Position numbers and translations under genes: made by a program
In this document: one piece after another, positions 59,114-64,000 of the stretch
Layout: each line of letters opens with the position of its first letter
How positions within the stretch are numbered: the stretch's first letter is position 1
Notes under the pieces: model-generated
What the model was told of the DNA's origin: nothing
Databases searched by the model: none
The model's input: the letters and a program-made list of their open reading frames with translations, nothing else
Assembly (NCBI GenBank): GCA_000004985.1
Contig: GG738857.1
Source of the DNA: Naegleria gruberi
Lineage: Eukaryota
Reading direction: 5' to 3' (one strand)
Length of the DNA: 64,000 bases

Positions 59114-60332
59114 ATGAGTCATACATCTTACCTGAAGCAATTTGCATCAAATCATGCTTCTGTAGCCTCCTTGATCGAGGATATTAGACTTGACCATGAA
59201 AATAAGTATGTAAATTAGATGAAAATGTTTAATTAGAATAACATGATTAATAATAACCTTGTACGGAAATTAAATTAGGATGTGGCACAATATTTCTGAG
59301 AAATTAATGCAATTAGTTAAGAGTGATCTTTCCGGATCTGACTTGTTAGATTTTTATACAAACTTTATTTCATCATTCGAATTAAAGATTAATCACTTAA
59401 AATTAGGAAAAATAGTTGTAGAAATATCAAAGAGACTTCCTCTCAACAGCTCTGAAGGTTATCCTTTTGTTGAAAAAGTTTTTAATGCTCTCTCCAAGCA
59501 AGATAGAGAGGCTTCTTGTATTTTAAAAATTGAAATGGCAATGTGGAAGTTGAAGGAATCTGATCTTACTGCTTGTAAAAGATTGTTGGGTGAAGCTAAG
59601 GAAACTATCTCTACTTTAGGATTTGTTGATAATGTTGTAAATGCTGCTTACTATAAGACATATTCTAATTATTTGAAGCATATTGATGATCCAAATGAAT
59701 TCTATAAGAATGAACTTCTCTATCTTGCATATACACCAATTGAAGAAATACCTTTCATTGAACAACAATCTATTGCTTTTGATTTGGGTATTGCTTCACT
59801 TCTCGGTGATTCAATTTACAACTTTGGAGAATTTTTACAACATCCAGTTGTTGAATCATTAAATGGTTCCAAGGCTGAATGGCTCTACAAGTTCTTGATG
59901 GCCTTCAACAAGGGTGACATTAGAGGATATGAACAATTATTGGTTCATTTCGCTAGTGAAATTGAATCTAGACCTGCATTGAACGAAAAGAGAGATTTCT
60001 TGTATGAAAAGGTTCAATTGATGTGCTTGATGGAATTAGTTTTCAGTAAGCCAGCCGATGATAGAAATATTTCCTTCGAAGAAGTTTCAGCAATTACTGG
60101 AAAGTCATTGGATGAAGTTGAACCACTTCTCTTGAAGGCTTTGGCTTATAATTTGATTCGTGGTGTTATTGATGGTGTTAAGAATTCTATTCACGTCAGT
60201 TGGGCTCAACCAAGAGTTCTTGATAGAGAGCAAATTTCAGTCTTGAGTAACAAATTGAGCGTTTGGTTAGGTAAGGTTGATGAAACCTTGTCTTTCTTGG
60301 AAAAGCACGGTTCTGAAGAAATTGTCAAATAA
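59114..60332 (+). CDS. PSMD13: 26S proteasome non-ATPase regulatory subunit 13 (Rpn9/PSMD13, PCI domain). Exon 59114..59205, intron 59206..59278, exon 59279..60332
   Basis: It is colinear with human PSMD13: FYTNFISSFELKINHLKL (LYENFISEFEHRVNPLSL); QQSIAFDLGIASLLGDSIYNFGEFLQHPVVESL ([31 protein letters not shown]); IHVSWAQPRVLDREQI (VHMTWVQPRVLDLQQI). The GTATGT..AG intron is in phase. Confidence 0.85.
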
Positions 60333-60355
60333 ATTGTAAACATATAATTAATTTA

Positions 60356-63325
60356 TTACTCAATTGTGTGACCTGATTCCATCATTCTGAAAGAGCTTGA
60401 AATTGATAACAAATTGAATGAAGTCTCAACATGAATATCAAAGCAATCCAATTGGGTGAATGATTTCTCTGCAGCTGAGGCAATAAGAGTATTCTTAAGA
60501 ATTTGATATTGTTCACTTGAGGATGAAAAGTTTGATAACTTTGTCAAGTGCTTGTTAATCTTTTGATAAATTGATTTAGTTCTAGATGTTTCAAAACTTT
60601 GTAAAGCTCTTCTAATAAATGAAATATCAATATCTAATTGGAAAGCAGCATTTTCACAAACATCTTCAATAGTCTTGGAAAAATGAAGGAAAGTTTCACC
60701 AAGTCTCTCAGTCAATAAGGAGAATATCCTACTTGTGAATGCACGATTAACACTCAAATTTTGATTGGTAAAGTTATTATTCTGTGCGTTTCCATTAGTT
60801 GATAAATTAACATTATTAAAAGTAACACTAGTCATCTTTTCAGTCTTTGAATGAACCATTGATAATTCCAATAATAAATCTAAAATATAAGATCTAATAG
60901 ATGAAGGTGCAGGTGATGATTTCCAATCATATCCACTTAATAATAGACCCTTCTCAATACGTTTGTAAAATGTTAGAGATTTCCTTTTAACAAAATCATT
61001 AATCAATAAATCAATTAATGTATCATAGACAACATAAACATGTTGAACTGATTCTGTTTTCATAAAATCATTAGTTTGATTTTGTAAATGTTTGCTTGTC
61101 ATGTGAAAACTCAATTCCATTTGAGCAATTGCTTTCTGTGCACCAGTTGCGACAGTTTTCATATTATTTGATTCTTCATTATCTGATTTATCCGAATATT
61201 CATCCTCATCATCATCAATGAATGTATTTTGATCATCATCAAGTAGATCATTCTTTCCATCTTGAAGTGTAGTCTGATCATTAGAATGACTTTTAAAACC
61301 AGCCACAAATGCAGACAATATATTAAATACAATTACATTCTTAGTGTGTGAACAATTGGAGAGAGTTAATAAGAGACGACTATCCTTCTCTTCAATCTTA
61401 TTAAAATTATAAAGTGAAAATCTATATTTTCCACTATTATTAGAATTAGCACTATTCATTATTGAATTATTATTGGATGATAATTGTCTAAATGATAATT
61501 CATGGAAACAATCAGCAAATACTTGAATACATTCTAATAAATATTTTTCAACTTCTGAAACTAATTCACTATTATGAATTGAACCCTTTGACATGAATGG
61601 TCGAAGTAAACTCAAAGTTTTAATGACAAATTCTTGAAATTTTAAAGGTAATTCAGTGATGGTTAAAGTTTCAGAAATTGTTTTCCAATTTTCTAATTTA
61701 TGAAATCTTGAAATTTCCATAATAGTTCTATTCCAAATTTCATTTACAATATATCTTGTCATTAAATTTGTATATTCACCAAAATTGGAAATAAACTTTT
61801 TTGGTATTTTTAATTTTTCCAATTGTTCATTACATTTAATAATTTCACAAATACATTGACAAAGAGATTTTTGATGTGCAGTATTATTATCAATAGTTTC
61901 AATAGCAGTATTTACAATATCTGAATATTTAACTGTTAAATCTTTCATTAAATTTGAAATTTGAATTTCCAAATTTGAATCTAAATTCTTCTTCTTATTT
62001 TTCTTTTTTTTATATTTTCCAATTATAATATTTTGTGAAAGTTGCCAAAAATCTGGAATTGTTTTTAGTAAAACATTTGTTAAATCTGAAACTAATTCAA
62101 CAGTTTTCTTTTCTAATAATTGTCTAAAAAAGGAAGTATTACTATAATTAGTATCTTCATGATTAAATAATTCTTCTTGTTCAATTAATTCTGAAATATC
62201 TTTTGTATTTTTTTCATAATTATTTAAACATTTTTGTAATAAATCTTTAATAAATTGATGCATTTTTTCTAAATAATGCCAACCAGGATCAATTTTACAA
62301 TCTAAATTATTTAAATATCCAATTATACGTTCTTGATTTTCTGTTAATAATTTAATATTTCCATTTTTAGTAGTATTTATAGATTTTGTAAAATGATTTA
62401 ACATATTTTCAACATCTGAATTTGAAAAACTTAATTTTTTCAATAAAGTTTCAATTAATTGTGCAATATCTTGTTCTATTGTTGTAAAAACACTTTCGAA
62501 TAATTGAAAATGTCCAAATTTTTGTTTAAAATATTTGTAACGTGAAAAATCATGAACAATTTTCTTATATTCTTCTTTTTTAATATTTTCTTTAATATAA
62601 CTTGGTAAATATAATACAAATTTAGTTTTTTTAAATAATGTTAATACTTGAATCATTTCCTCACATTCTATTTTTGTTAATATTAAATATTATTGTAAAG
62701 TATTTAAAAGTATTTAAAAATATTTAAAAATATTTAAAAACAATAAATATTATTAATCAAAAATATATATAAAATGAAACATACCCTCTTTTCTCTGAAT
62801 TAAAGGATCAAATAATTTTTCAGCATCTTGAATTGAATTTTCCAAGGCTTGATCCAATCTCTCAACACTTCCATCTCTAAATTTAGCATCCTTATTAGAA
62901 CACAACAGATCAACAATATTTTTTGCTTCTGCAAATTTATGAATATTCCGTTCACTGAGTAAAATCATTTTCATATTCAAATCTTCCATTGTAGTTTGTA
63001 AATTCTTTTTGGCGCGATTAAATTCTTGATATTTGATTGGATGATGTTTTGTAGCTAAAAATAAATGAGGATTAAATTTATCAGATTCAATATCAACATT
63101 TCCATTTTGAGATAAAGAGGCTGTAATATTATATTTTTGTACTTCCTTCTCGGGATATGTTTGTACTAATTTTAATGGATCATCATCTGATTGATCGGAG
63201 ACTGATGTTTTTTTAGCTGCTTTTTGAAGAGATAATTTATAATATTTTTGATTAATTTCTTCACATTCATCCCAAGTTGTTGGTGCTCGTAAGACGATAC
63301 CACTTCCGTAGACATCACTGGTCAT
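60356..63325 (-). CDS. Hypothetical large protein, tentatively exocyst Sec5/EXOC2-like. Minus-strand exons 63325..62785 and 62667..60356
   Basis: FNPHLFLATKHH...RNIHKFAEAKNIVD resembles the Sec5 segment FDPTLFL..H....ENFHKFISCKDTID. The rest is helical with acidic inserts. The GTATGT..AG intron was confirmed in phase (..IQRKE-E-CEEMIQVL..). Confidence 0.4.
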
Positions 63326-63468
63326 ATTTTTTTTTAAAGAATTTTTTAATAGATGACAGTTGACATTTTTTGGAAAATTTAAAATTATTTTTTTTTAATT
63401 GATTGTTTTTTAGGAAGTAGATCAAAATTGAATTTATTTTGTAATGTAATATTAGTTTACATTACATT

Positions 63469-64000
63469 TTAATTAAATAAATCTGAAAGTGGTAATGAAG
63501 TTCTTTTTGGAGCTTTTTGATTTGTTGTTTGTAAATTTGTTGGCATTTCACAAACTTTAATTGTAATTCTTTCTGATTGACTTGATTGACTGTTTAAACT
63601 TTGATTTGAACTTGAATTCGAATAACTATTCGAATGTGTTGATCTTTCATCTGTTGGTTGACTAGATGTTGAATTCATTTTCTGCTGTTTCTTTAAAGTG
63701 AATTCGAATGTGTTTTGTTTCATTGATTCGTATGGAATCTTTTGTATTCTTCCTCTTCTTCTAAAAAGGAAAGTTTGTGCATAGTTTCGTACTTCATCTT
63801 GTTGATTCAAATTATTATTGGAAGCGAACACATATTGTGGTGATGTTGTGTTATTCGAATTTACACTAATTGAACTTGTGGTTGTGGACATTTTAGTTTG
63901 CTTTCGAATACCTTTACATGTTGGTGAAGAGCTTAAATTGTTCATTAAATTAGACTGTTTAATAGATGAATTAGTAGTAGACATGTTAGGTGAGGATGAA
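63469..64000 (-). CDS. Hypothetical Ser/Asn-rich protein, 5' end outside the window
   Basis: The ORF is open to the window edge on the minus strand with gene-like codon usage. No domain was recognised. Confidence 0.3.
   Translation of the reverse strand, partial: SSSPNMSTTNSSIKQSNLMNNLSSSPTCKGIRKQTKMSTTTSSISVNSNNTTSPQYVFASNNNLNQQDEVRNYAQTFLFRRRGRIQKIPYESMKQNTFEFTLKKQQKMNSTSSQPTDERSTHSNSYSNSSSNQSLNSQSSQSERITIKVCEMPTNLQTTNQKAPKRTSLPLSDLFN

Noticed and set aside
1-64000. CRISPR arrays, prokaryotic operons or defence islands
   Set aside because: The sequence is clearly eukaryotic, with spliceosomal introns, Pol III tRNA and 5S genes, and eukaryote-specific proteins. The only direct repeats are microsatellites and in-frame peptide repeats.

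Overview
This is a compact, AT-rich eukaryotic (protist) locus, not a prokaryotic one. It has Dictyostelium-like codon usage with A/T-ending codons, poly-Asn/Gln tracts, A-rich context before ATG, and short GTAAGT/GTATGT...AG introns of about 45-140 nt. Genes are dense, with 0-3 introns each. There is one scaffold gap of N's at 30862-31022. I recognise about 30 protein genes by homology. They include BBS1 (5' truncated at the window edge); a three-member paralogous coiled-coil family; an ankyrin-pseudokinase-PARP gene; two tandem HSPA12-like Hsp70 genes followed by a VWA-like ORF; a class A flavoprotein monooxygenase; an F-box/Sel1/ZZ protein; an RCC1-repeat protein; and a villidin-like coronin-gelsolin-headpiece giant. 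They also include a PIF1 helicase fused to an RNase H1-type hybrid-binding domain; a SIMPL/DUF541 membrane protein; MND1; TMEM14; a kinesin; ATP-dependent PEP carboxykinase; a UBX protein; a Zn2Cys6 factor; PSMD13/Rpn9; and a Sec5-like protein. RNA genes are a tRNA-Asp(GTC), two dispersed 5S rRNA copies with conserved 3' flanks, and an odd tRNA-like Pol III element. The gene content (villidin-like, Zn2Cys6, Dictyostelium-like bias, plus BBS1) suggests an amoeboid protist that still has cilia or flagella; this is inference only. Several ORF pairs of one gene are split by single-nucleotide frame changes, mostly at A/T homopolymers. These look more like draft-assembly indels than biology, but they could be pseudogenes. 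No CRISPR arrays, prokaryotic operons or obvious intact mobile elements were seen. All coordinates and intron calls come from manual reading of the sequence.
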